Both the position numbers and the translations under genes were made by a program. From Myxococcales bacterium (lineage in GTDB: Bacteria; Myxococcota; Myxococcia; Myxococcales; UBA5297): 64,000 nucleotides of DNA. This document shows, piece by piece, positions 8,654 to 17,525 of this stretch. The notes beneath the pieces are model-generated. The model did no database searches. It worked only from the letters and a program-made list of their open reading frames with translations, and was not told the DNA's origin. The stretch is taken from positions 19,272 to 83,271 of the forward strand of contig JASGHK010000008.1 of NCBI GenBank assembly GCA_049841135.1. The letters run 5' to 3'. Each line of letters begins with the position of its first letter. The first letter of the stretch is position 1.

Positions 8654-9586
8654 ATGCGCTCCTTCACCCTCGCCCTCCTGTTGGCCCTCGCGGCCGCAAC
8701 CGCCTGCGCCGCCGCCAAGCCTGCGCCTCCGCAGAAGACCGACTTCGACTGGTTCGACGACGAGCTCCAGCTGGGAGACATCCAGCGCGGGCGGGTCGAG
8801 CGCCTCACGCTTCGCGCGCGCGCTGGCGAATCGGAGCTGGCGCTCGCGGAGGCCCTCTTGCGAGCCGGCCAGGACTGCCAGGCACGAGCCGAAGACGTCG
8901 TCAGCCGCGCCGAGGAGCTGCGCACGAACCATCCCCGCGATGCGCGAGCGCCCGAGGCCTTCCGGCGGGCAGAGGAGGCCGCGACCAAACTGCGCCAGTC
9001 GGCGAGCGAGGCCGCTGCTGCGGCCGACGCCGTCTACCTCGCGAACTCCGCCAAGGAAGCCGAGCAGGCCACGCGCGCGGAGGAGCCCGCTCCGTCGCCA
9101 CCGCCTCCTCCGGCTCCGGCCCCCGAACCTGCGCCGGCGTCCCCCGCGCCGACGGGAGACAGCGACTTGCTCAACGCCGCGGCGGAACAGGCCGGCAGCG
9201 CGCTGGCGGCCAAGCTCGCCCGGCACAAGGCCCGGTCGGTGGTGGTCACGCCCGCAGCCACCTTGATTGGCGACGAGATGCCCAAGCTGGCGCTCGCCTA
9301 CAAGAACAAGGGCGGGCAGGCGGACGTGTATGGACGCGCCTTCGCGCGCGGGCTCGCCGCGGCGCTGGCCAAGGCAGGCTTCAAGGCCACTTTCTCCAGC
9401 GACGTCCGCGGCCAGCTGGCGTCCGCGCCGGGCAAGCCGCAAGCGGACGTGTCGGAGGTGCGCATCCTCGTCTACGGCGCGCTGGCGACCCTGCCGAACG
9501 AGTTCGCGGCGTGGGAGTTGCGCGCGGTGGACCTCAACAACGACGGAATCCTTGGCGAGACCCAGGGCGTTCGCCGCGCGCGCTGA
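8654..9586 (+). CDS. hypothetical lipoprotein with Pro-rich linker (paralog of the previous gene)
   Basis: MRSFTLALLLALAAATAC lipobox at ATG 8654. Conserved C-terminal block ...VVVTPAATLIG...FARGLAAALAKAGFKATFS. Confidence 0.5.
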   Translation: MRSFTLALLLALAAATACAAAKPAPPQKTDFDWFDDELQLGDIQRGRVERLTLRARAGESELALAEALLRAGQDCQARAEDVVSRAEELRTNHPRDARAPEAFRRAEEAATKLRQSASEAAAAADAVYLANSAKEAEQATRAEEPAPSPPPPPAPAPEPAPASPAPTGDSDLLNAAAEQAGSALAAKLARHKARSVVVTPAATLIGDEMPKLALAYKNKGGQADVYGRAFARGLAAALAKAGFKATFSSDVRGQLASAPGKPQADVSEVRILVYGALATLPNEFAAWELRAVDLNNDGILGETQGVRRAR

Positions 9587-9720
9587 GCCCCGTCACCTCG
9601 AGCCCGTCGAGGGGCCAGAGCCCGGCGAGGGGCCAGAGCTTGTCGAGGGCCGGAGTCTGGTCTTTGCTTCACCGTCGGCCAGGCCGGCGCCGACCGTCCA
9701 CGGACAGCAGGGAGGGTGCA

Positions 9721-11304
9721 ATGCGTCTGAGCCTCGTGGGAGCCGACTTCGAGGAGAACCTCGGCCTGGGGATGATCGCCGCGACCGCGCAGCAGGCGGG
9801 CCACTCGGTCGTCGTCCACCCCTTCAACGACGTGCGGCAGGCCCGTGAGGTCGCCCGGCGCATCGCCTCGGCCCGGCCCGAGCTGGTCGGGCTGAGCCTG
9901 CAGTTCCAGCACCGCGGTCACGAGTTCGTGGCCCTGGCGCGGGCGCTGCGCGAGGCGGGCTACCGCGGGCACCTGACCTGCGGCGGCATGCTCGCCTCGG
10001 CGGCCTGGCAGCAGGTCCTGGCCGAGAAGGCGTTCGACTCGGTCGTCCTCTACGAAGGCGAGCAGACGATCGTCGAGCTGGCCGGTGCGCTGGTCGCGGG
10101 GCGGCCGCTGGCGGAGGTCCCGGGCCTGGCGCTGCGCGACGAGCGGGGCGAGGCCGTGCGCACCGCCGACCGGGAGCGGCCGAGCGACCTCGACGCGCTG
10201 CCCTTCCCCACCCGCTACCGGCCGCCGACCCGGCACCTGGGCATCCCCTTCCTGCCCGTCCTCGGCTCGCGGGGCTGCTGGGGGCGCTGCACCTTCTGCT
10301 CCATCAGCTCCTTCCACCTCGAGGCGAGCGCGCACGGCGGCGGGCAGCTCTTCCGCCGGCGCAGCCCGGAGAACATCGCGCAGGAGATGGCGCTGCTCGC
10401 GGGCGACGGCCCTGCCCTCTTCTGCTTCCACGACGACAACTTCCTCCTGCCGAACCCCAAGCACTCGCTGAAGCGCGTGCAGGAGATCCGCGCGGCTTTC
10501 GACGAGCTCGCCCCTGGCCCCCTGGGCATCATCGGCAAGACGCGCCCGGAGTGCCTGACGGCCGAGCTGGCGAAGGAGCTGCGCGAGCTGGGCGTGGTGC
10601 GGCTCTACGTCGGCGTCGAGAACACCTCCGAGACCGGCGCCGAGCACCTGGCGCGCGGCACCCAGACCCGGCACGTGCACTCGGCGCTGGCCGCCTGCCG
10701 CGAGGCGGGCATCTTCGCCTGTTACAACCTGCTCGTCTTCGAGCCCAAGACGACGCTCGCCGACGTGAAACAGAACGTCGCCTTCATGCGCGAGCCTGCC
10801 GCGCCGAGGCCTACACCGGTACCCCGCTGCACCGCTCGCGTGCCTCGCGCGACGCGCTCACCGGCAGCTGGCTGGGCTGGAACTACCGGCTCGAGGACGA
10901 CCGGGCCGAGCTGCTCTTCCGCATCTGCGCGGCCGCCTTCCGCGAGCGCAACTTCGGCGCCGACGGCGTCGCCAACCGGTCGATGGGCCTGGGCTACTGC
11001 GGCCGGATCCTCGAGCACTTCTACCCGGAGGCGTCCGCCGAGGCGGCGAAGCTCTCGCGCCGCGCCGCGGACCTGACCCGGAACATCGTCCTGGAGACCG
11101 CGAGCTTCCTGGAGGAGGCCATCGCGCTCGCTGAGACGACGCCGCTCGCCGAGCGCGACGCCATCGAGCGGCAGACGGCGCTGCTGGGGCTGCGCATCGC
11201 ACAGGCGGACCAGCCCTGGCACGCGGCGATGGACGAGTTCCACGCCGACGCCGACGCGCTCGTCGCCTCACTGCAGGCGAGCCGGCCGAAGCCCGCGTCG
11301 TGGA
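9721..11304 (+). CDS. B12-binding radical SAM protein; apparent -1 frameshift near 10792-10800; stop not found before the next gene
   Basis: N-terminal cobalamin-binding domain (LVGLSLQF...). CxxxCxxC motif LGSRGCWGRCTFCSI. The reading frame changes after ...NVAFMRE and continues HARACRAEAYTGTPL... in frame 0. That frame runs without a stop into the lipoprotein-like ORF at 11305. Confidence 0.65.
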
Positions 11305-11972
11305 TGCGGGTGGCGCGGCGGGTGGCGCTGGGCGCGACCTTGGTGCTCGGCGGCACGTCCTCCTGCGAGTGCTACAGCGTCGACATGGTCCCCTACGATC
11401 CCGACGCGATGGTGGTCGACCCGGTGCCCGGCGACGCTGGGGCGACCGACGCGATGGTCGCCGACCCGCTCCCGCCCGACGCCGGCACCTCCGACGCGAT
11501 GGTTGCCGATCCGCTCCCGCCCGACGCCGGCGCCTCCGATGCGCTGGTCGCCGACCCGCTCCCGCCCGACGCTGGCAGCCCAGATGCGGGCATGGTGGCC
11601 GATCCGGCCCCGGAGGACGCAGGAATGGCGGTCGATCCACTCCCCGAGGACGGCGGCCACGCCGCCCGGGAACCGGCCGGCCAGTGGCGCGACTCCGCCA
11701 CCTACGCCTTGCGCTCGAACGACCTTCCGCTCTTCTGCCCGCCTGCGGTGCGGCTGTGCGCCGTGCGCGACGGCGAGACGGTCCGCGTCACCGTCCAGGG
11801 AGCGCCCGGCCCGCTCAGCACGCGCTGCGAGACCTCGGGCATCGTCGTCGGCGAGGGCCGGGAGCTGACCTGGACTCCGGCGTCGGCGGACGACTCGCTG
11901 CGCGTCGCCGTTCGTTCCGCGGGCGGCGTGGCGGTGGTCTCGCTGCGGGCCTGCGAGGTCAAAGCGAGCTGA
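11305..11972 (+). CDS. lipoprotein-like protein with 5 tandem 13-aa repeats (DAMVADPLPPDAG); possibly fused to the radical SAM gene
   Basis: MRVARRVALGATLVLGGTSSC signal/lipobox. Five 39-bp DNA repeats at 11392-11640. C-terminal Cys-containing domain. It is in-frame with the upstream gene and has no intervening stop. Confidence 0.4.
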
Positions 11973-12203
11973 GGCCCCAGTGCGCCACCGACATTCGGAT
12001 CGCTGAGATGCCCCAGGCGTGGAAGCCCGGCTCTACTCGTGCTATCTCCGCGCGCGACAGTACGAACTCAAGGCCGAAAAACGCAGCCCGGTTGGTAGCC
12101 CGGGCAACCGGCATCCCGCCGGCGCTGTAACCCTTCCTCCTCCGAGGACCGTCCGCGGCCGCGGCGCGCTCGCGATGCACTTCGCGAGCGACTCGGAGGA
12201 GTC

Positions 12204-12617
12204 ATGCGCGTGCGGCTGAGCGTTTTCTTCGATGGCAGTCTGTGGGTCGGCGTCTTCGAGCGTCGCGACGGCGAGTGCCTGAGCGTGGCGCGGGTGGTCT
12301 TCGGCGCGGAGCCTCGCGGCGTCGAGGTGCTGGACTTCATCCTCAAGGGCTACCCGGGTCGGGTCCGCTACGGCCTGGAGGTCGAGGACGCCAAGGGCCT
12401 GCCCGAACGGCCGAAGAATCCCAAGCGGGCACAGCGCGAGGCGCGACGGGCCATGGGCGCCGGCCTGGGCAAGAAGGCCTGGGAGGCGATGCGCATCGCG
12501 CGCGAGGCCGGCAAGGAGGAGCGCCGGGTGCGGAGCAAGGCGGAGAGAGAGGCGGAGGAGCAGCGCAAGTTCGAGCTGCGGCAGGAGAAACGAAAAGAGA
12601 AGCACCGAGGACACTGA
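12204..12617 (+). CDS. DUF2992 (YjdC-like) family protein
   Basis: RLSVFFDGSLWVGVFERRDGECLSVARVVFGAEP matches the DUF2992 N-terminus as I recall it. The C-terminal tail is KE-rich. Confidence 0.55.
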   Translation: MRVRLSVFFDGSLWVGVFERRDGECLSVARVVFGAEPRGVEVLDFILKGYPGRVRYGLEVEDAKGLPERPKNPKRAQREARRAMGAGLGKKAWEAMRIAREAGKEERRVRSKAEREAEEQRKFELRQEKRKEKHRGH

Positions 12618-12638
12618 ACGGAGCTGCCGGCCTCCGCG

Positions 12639-12920
12639 CCGGGGCATCTTTGAGATCCGAGCATCTGAGGCGCGCCGACGTGTAGTACCCGGCCTCTATG
12701 CGCCTCTATGCCGGGGACACCCTTGAGATCCGAGCATCTGAGGCGCGCGAGGACTGCCTGTCCTCGTCGTCAGCGAACCGTCTGGGTTGCTGAAGATAGA
12801 CATGCGTTTGGTGACATGAACTGAGCGCGCCACGGACGGGCAGATCGAGAGGGCGTCCGCGCGCCTCGGATGCTCGGATCTCAAAGGTGCCCCCGGCACG
12901 GAGGCCGGGTACTACACGTC
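12639..12920. repeat. composite intergenic repeat: 38-bp unit (ccggggcatctttgagatccgagcatctgaggcgcgc) in 2 direct and 1 inverted copies, plus a 21-bp inverted pair (cgacgtgtagtacccggcctc)
   Basis: Copies at 12639-12675, 12711-12749 and inverted at 12859-12896. The 21-mer lies at 12676-12696 and inverted at 12900-12920. A 110-bp AT-richer core lies at 12750-12858. Confidence 0.7.
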
Positions 12921-13056
12921 GCCGCGCAATCCATGTTGATGGGTACCGACATATCTTTAGCAGCGGGCGCGCGCGGTACTCCGCGGGTGACCGGTCACGA
13001 ACGGTATGCGACGATGCGCCTCGCATCGTTGCCCGCCCTGAAGGAGTCCAAGTCGC

Positions 13057-14538
13057 ATGGCTGACCGCTTCGACGTCGTGATCATCGGCGGCGGGGTCAT
13101 CGGCTGCGCCATCGCGCGCGAGCTGTCCCGCTACCGGCTGAAGGTCGTCCTGCTGGAGAAGAACGCCGAGGTCGGCTTCGGCACCAGCAAGACCAACAGC
13201 GGCATCATCCACCCCGGCCACGATACGCCGCTCTCCACGCTCAAGGGCCGGCTGGTCGTGCGCGGCAACGCGCTCTTCGACCAGCTCGTCTCGGAGCTGC
13301 ACTTCGGCTTCCGCCGCATCGGCGAGCTGAAGGTGGCGATGCAGCCCGAGGACCTGGAGACCTTGAAGAAGCTCAAGGCCCAGGGCGACGAGAAGGGCGT
13401 GCCGGGCCTGGAGCTGTGGGACGCGCCGCGGCTGCAGCGCGAGGAGCCCAACCTCTCCCGCGCGCTCCTCGGCGCGCTCTACGCGCCCTCGGCCGGCGTC
13501 ATCAACCCCTACGAGTTCGCCTTCGCGCTCATCGAGAACGCCCAGGACAACGGCGTCGAGCTGCGCGTCGACTCGCCCGTGACTGCCCTTGTCCCCGAGG
13601 ACGGCGGCATGGCGGTGCAGGTCGGCGGCAAGCAGGCCGGCACGGTCCACGGCCGCTTCGTCCTCAACTGCGCCGGCGTCGCCTCCGACCGGATCGCCGC
13701 GATGGTCGGCTGCGACACCTTCAAGATCACGCCGCGCAAGGGCGAGGAGTACATGCTCGACAAGCGGCTCAAGGGCCTGGTCCGCCGGCTGGTCTTCCCG
13801 GTGCCGACCAAGACCACCAAGGGCACGCTCGTCATCCCCACCTTCGACGGGACGCTGATGGTGGGGCCGACCGCGCACGACGTCGAGGACCGGGACGACT
13901 TCGCGACCACGCCGCGTGGCGCCGAGGAGGTCTTCTCCTTCGTCAAGAAGCTCTGCCCGGCCATCAGCTCGCGCGACGCCATCACCGCCTTCGCCGGCCT
14001 GCGCGCGGTCAGCGACACCGGAGACTTCGTCATCGGGCCGACCCGCGTGAAGGGCTTCTTCAACGTCGCCGGCGTGCAGTCCCCCGGGCTGACCAGCTCG
14101 CCGGCCATCGCCGAATACGTGCGCGACCTCCTGCGCGAGGCGGGCCTGTCGCTCGACTCCAAGCCGGACTTCGTCCCCACCATCGCCGGCCCGGCGCGCT
14201 TCGCCCAGCTCTCTCCCGAGGAGCAGGACAAGCTCGCCGCCAAGGACCCGGCCTTCGCCAAGGTCGTCTGCCGCTGCGAGATGGTGACCGAGGCGGAGAT
14301 CCACGAGGCCATCGACCACGGCGCGCGCACGCTGGACGGCATCAAGTTCCGCACCCGCGCCGGCATGGGGCGCTGCCAGGGCGGGTTCTGCACCTCGCGC
14401 TGCATGGAGATCCTCTCCAAGCGCCTGCTGATCCCCATCACCGAAGTGACCAAGCGCGGCGGCGACTCGTGGATCGTCCGGCCCATGGAGGACGAGGAGA
14501 CGAGCGCGGGGCAGGTCCGCTCGGCTGCCGGAGGCTGA
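13057..14538 (+). CDS. FAD-dependent oxidoreductase, GlpA-like (anaerobic glycerol-3-phosphate dehydrogenase family) with C-terminal BFD-like [2Fe-2S] domain
   Basis: N-terminal DVVIIGGGVIGCAIAREL dinucleotide-binding fold. C-terminal CRCEMVTEAEIHEAIDHGARTLDGIKFRTRAGMGRCQGGFC. Confidence 0.8.
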   Translation: MADRFDVVIIGGGVIGCAIARELSRYRLKVVLLEKNAEVGFGTSKTNSGIIHPGHDTPLSTLKGRLVVRGNALFDQLVSELHFGFRRIGELKVAMQPEDLETLKKLKAQGDEKGVPGLELWDAPRLQREEPNLSRALLGALYAPSAGVINPYEFAFALIENAQDNGVELRVDSPVTALVPEDGGMAVQVGGKQAGTVHGRFVLNCAGVASDRIAAMVGCDTFKITPRKGEEYMLDKRLKGLVRRLVFPVPTKTTKGTLVIPTFDGTLMVGPTAHDVEDRDDFATTPRGAEEVFSFVKKLCPAISSRDAITAFAGLRAVSDTGDFVIGPTRVKGFFNVAGVQSPGLTSSPAIAEYVRDLLREAGLSLDSKPDFVPTIAGPARFAQLSPEEQDKLAAKDPAFAKVVCRCEMVTEAEIHEAIDHGARTLDGIKFRTRAGMGRCQGGFCTSRCMEILSKRLLIPITEVTKRGGDSWIVRPMEDEETSAGQVRSAAGG

Positions 14539-14648
14539 AGCCTCCGGCTACTCCTGGGGTGGATTGAGCTCGGGTTAAGCCCCTTCGGGGCTGCTCGGTT
14601 CTGTGGCACCTGGAAGTCTTGACCTACGACTTCGTCGAAGAGGCATCG

Positions 14649-15932
14649 ATGCTCGGAAGAATGGAAGGCGATTACGACGTGGTGGTGGTGGGCGGCGGGC
14701 CGGCGGGGTTGGCGGCGGCACTGGGCGCGCGCGACTCGGGGGCCGAGAAGATCCTGGTCGTCGACCGCGAGAGCGAGGCCGGCGGCATCCTCCTGCAGTG
14801 CATCCACTCCGGCTTCGGGCTCCACTACTTCAAGGAGGAGCTGACCGGCCCGGAGTACGCCGAGCGGTTCCTGGAGAAGGCGGTCGACCACGACATCGAC
14901 GTCGTCAGCTCCTCCTACGCCTGCGGCGTGGGCCTGGACAGCGACGGCACCCGCCGCGTGCGCGTCATGCGCGAGGGCCACGGCATCCAGACGCTGCGCT
15001 CGCGCTCGGTGGTGCTGGCCATGGGCTGCCGCGAGCGGACCCGCGGCGCGGTGCGCATCCCCGGCACCCGGCCCTCGGGCGTGCTCACCGCCGGCCTCGC
15101 CCAGAAGTTCGTCAACATGATGGGCGTGCTGCCGGGCAAGCGCGTGGCCATCCTGGGCTCGGGCGACATCGGGCTGATCATGGCCCGCCGGCTGCGGCTG
15201 GAAGGCTGCGAGGTGGTCGGCGTCTTCGAGCTGATGCCCTACTCGAACGGCCTGACGCGCAACGTGGTCCAGTGCCTGGACGACTTCGGCATCCCGCTGC
15301 ACCTGTCGACCACGGTGGTGGAGATCCACGGCAAGGACCGCGTGGAGAAGATCACCGTCGCCCCGGTCGGCAAGGACCTGGTGCCAGACCTGTCGAAGAA
15401 GCGCGACGTGGTCTGCGACACGCTCCTGCTCTCCATCGGCCTCATCCCCGAGAACGAGCTGTCGCAGAGCCTGGGCGTGGACCTCGACGTCGTCACCAGC
15501 GGGCCGCGCGTCTCCTCGACGATGGAGACCAGCCTCCCCGGCGTGTTCGCCTGCGGCAACGTGCTGCACGTCCACGATCTCGTCGACTACGTGAGCGAGG
15601 AGGCGGCGCTCGCGGGACGGTTCGCCGGCGAGTATGCGCAGGGCATCCGCCGGCCGAAGGACAACATCCACCTCGTGCCCGGCAACAACGTGCGCTACTG
15701 CGTGCCGCACACGCTGGCCCCCGGCCGCGAGCACACCGTCTATATGCGCTGCAAGGAGCCGATGCGCCCCTGCGTCATCCAGGTGGGCGACCTGATGCAG
15801 CGCAAGCTCGGCTTCGTCGTCCCCGCCGAGATGATCATGTTCAAGATCAAGCCGGACCTGCTCGAGCGCTTCCACAAGGACACCCTGCGCATCGACATCC
15901 ACCCCGTGGAGAAGGCGGGAGGTGCGTCATGA
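14649..15932 (+). CDS. NAD(P)/FAD-dependent oxidoreductase (pyridine nucleotide-disulfide oxidoreductase family)
   Basis: [15 protein letters not shown] and a second Rossmann motif [14 protein letters not shown]. The start could be 14619 or 14649. Confidence 0.8.
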   Translation: MLGRMEGDYDVVVVGGGPAGLAAALGARDSGAEKILVVDRESEAGGILLQCIHSGFGLHYFKEELTGPEYAERFLEKAVDHDIDVVSSSYACGVGLDSDGTRRVRVMREGHGIQTLRSRSVVLAMGCRERTRGAVRIPGTRPSGVLTAGLAQKFVNMMGVLPGKRVAILGSGDIGLIMARRLRLEGCEVVGVFELMPYSNGLTRNVVQCLDDFGIPLHLSTTVVEIHGKDRVEKITVAPVGKDLVPDLSKKRDVVCDTLLLSIGLIPENELSQSLGVDLDVVTSGPRVSSTMETSLPGVFACGNVLHVHDLVDYVSEEAALAGRFAGEYAQGIRRPKDNIHLVPGNNVRYCVPHTLAPGREHTVYMRCKEPMRPCVIQVGDLMQRKLGFVVPAEMIMFKIKPDLLERFHKDTLRIDIHPVEKAGGAS

Positions 15933-16303
15933 GCGAGCAGAAGAACTTCACCTGCATCGGCTGCCCCATCGGCTGTCCGCTCCAGCTCTCGCACGAGGGC
16001 AAAGAGATCATCGAGATCGAGGGCGCGGCCTGCAACCGCGGCGCGAAGTATGCCCAGCAGGAGTTCACCGACCCGCGGCGCGGCATGTCCACCACGGTCG
16101 CCATCGAGGGCGCGCGCTGGAAGCGGCTGCCGGTGAAGGTGACCAAGGCGATCCCGAAGGACCGCGTGCTCGAGGCCGCGCGCATCATCCACAAGCTGCA
16201 AGTCAAAGCGCCCATCCAGCGCGGCGCCGTGCTCATCGAGGACCTGCTGGGCGAGAAGGGCGTCCAGGTCGTCGCCACCCGCACCCTGCCCCGCGCATCT
16301 TGA
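15929..16303 (+). CDS. DUF1667 domain protein (partner of the two oxidoreductases)
   Basis: ATGA overlap with the upstream stop. [20 protein letters not shown]...AACNRGAKY, the conserved Cys pattern of DUF1667. Confidence 0.75.
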   Translation: MSEQKNFTCIGCPIGCPLQLSHEGKEIIEIEGAACNRGAKYAQQEFTDPRRGMSTTVAIEGARWKRLPVKVTKAIPKDRVLEAARIIHKLQVKAPIQRGAVLIEDLLGEKGVQVVATRTLPRAS

Positions 16304-16314
16304 TTGGAGATTTG

Positions 16315-17013
16315 ATGAGAGCCCTCAGCGCCGCCGTCCTCACCCTTTCCCTCGCCGTCGGCTTCGTCGCCTGCGGCGGTGGCAGCGGCGCTCCCGAACC
16401 GGATGCCGGCAAGCCCCACGCCTCCGACGCCGTCGTCGCCCTGCCCGACGCGTCCCCGATTTCCGCCGACGCTGCGAGCGTCAGCGGCGACACGGGCTCG
16501 ACGTCGACTCCCGATGGCTCCACGCTCGTGACTGATGCTGGCGCACCGGCGGAGGCCGACGCGGCGACGGAGCCCACGCTCGATGCGGCGACCGTTTCGG
16601 CGGACACGGGTCTGGCGCCGGTCGACGCCTCGGCGCCTGCCACGGTTGACGCCTCAGCGCCCTCCACGACCGACGCTTCGACTCCCGTGCCGTCTGACGC
16701 CGGCACCAGCACCCTCGACCCGTGCACCTTCAACTCCGACTGCATCGCGAGCGAGCGCTGCGAGTGCACGGAGGCGGATGGCTGCATGTGCAAGATCGGC
16801 CCGCGTGGCACGGGCAAGTCGGGCGTGGATTCCTGCGTCGACGGCAACGACTGCGAGACCTCCCTCTGTCTCGAGGGCTGGCCTGCCGGCGCCATGTACT
16901 GCTCGGGCCCATGCGGAGGCGCCGATGCCGGCACCTGTACCGGGAAACTGCCGCTGTGCTCGAACGTCGCCTGGATCGGCAGGATCTGCATCCGCGACCC
17001 GAACGGAGGCTGA
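16315..17013 (+). CDS. secreted Cys-rich lipoprotein with Asp/Ala/Ser/Thr-rich linker
   Basis: MRALSAAVLTLSLAVGFVAC lipobox. Low-complexity linker. C-terminal 16-Cys domain. Confidence 0.5.
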   Translation: MRALSAAVLTLSLAVGFVACGGGSGAPEPDAGKPHASDAVVALPDASPISADAASVSGDTGSTSTPDGSTLVTDAGAPAEADAATEPTLDAATVSADTGLAPVDASAPATVDASAPSTTDASTPVPSDAGTSTLDPCTFNSDCIASERCECTEADGCMCKIGPRGTGKSGVDSCVDGNDCETSLCLEGWPAGAMYCSGPCGGADAGTCTGKLPLCSNVAWIGRICIRDPNGG

Positions 17014-17525
17014 CCCGCCCGTAGGAGCGCCCGCAGGACCCGCGCCGCCGGACTGCGACAGGGGGGTGGCCGTGTGTCACGTCTTCTTGTTCCTGAGCCT
17101 GCTTCTGCCGGCCCTGGACTCTCCGCAGGCGTGCCTGCCCAGCCTGGGTTCTCTCCTCGAGCTCGGAGAATGGGACTTCGCCCGTCACTCACGCCGCGTT
17201 TGCGCTGAACCCGTGGGGGACGCTCGTATCAAGACGATCGTCGGTCTGAATGAGTCCGGTACTCGTGTGAGCGAGGCTGTGGCGATTGAAAGCTCCATGC
17301 CGGTCGAGCAGCTCGAGGCTGCGCTATCGCACGAACTTTGCTGTCGGCTCGACCCGCCTTCGTCGCATGCTCACTTCTGCTTGGTTCCCGAGGGTGTGCT
17401 CGTCACGATCCGCGGCGACCCGTTCGCCCCTAGAGAGTCGGTTCTGGAAATCGAGTCGGCTGGCGACAATGCGATTCCATCGGGTTGCCGGCTTTGACCA
17501 CGCAGGAAGAGCAGGAGGTGCCCGC

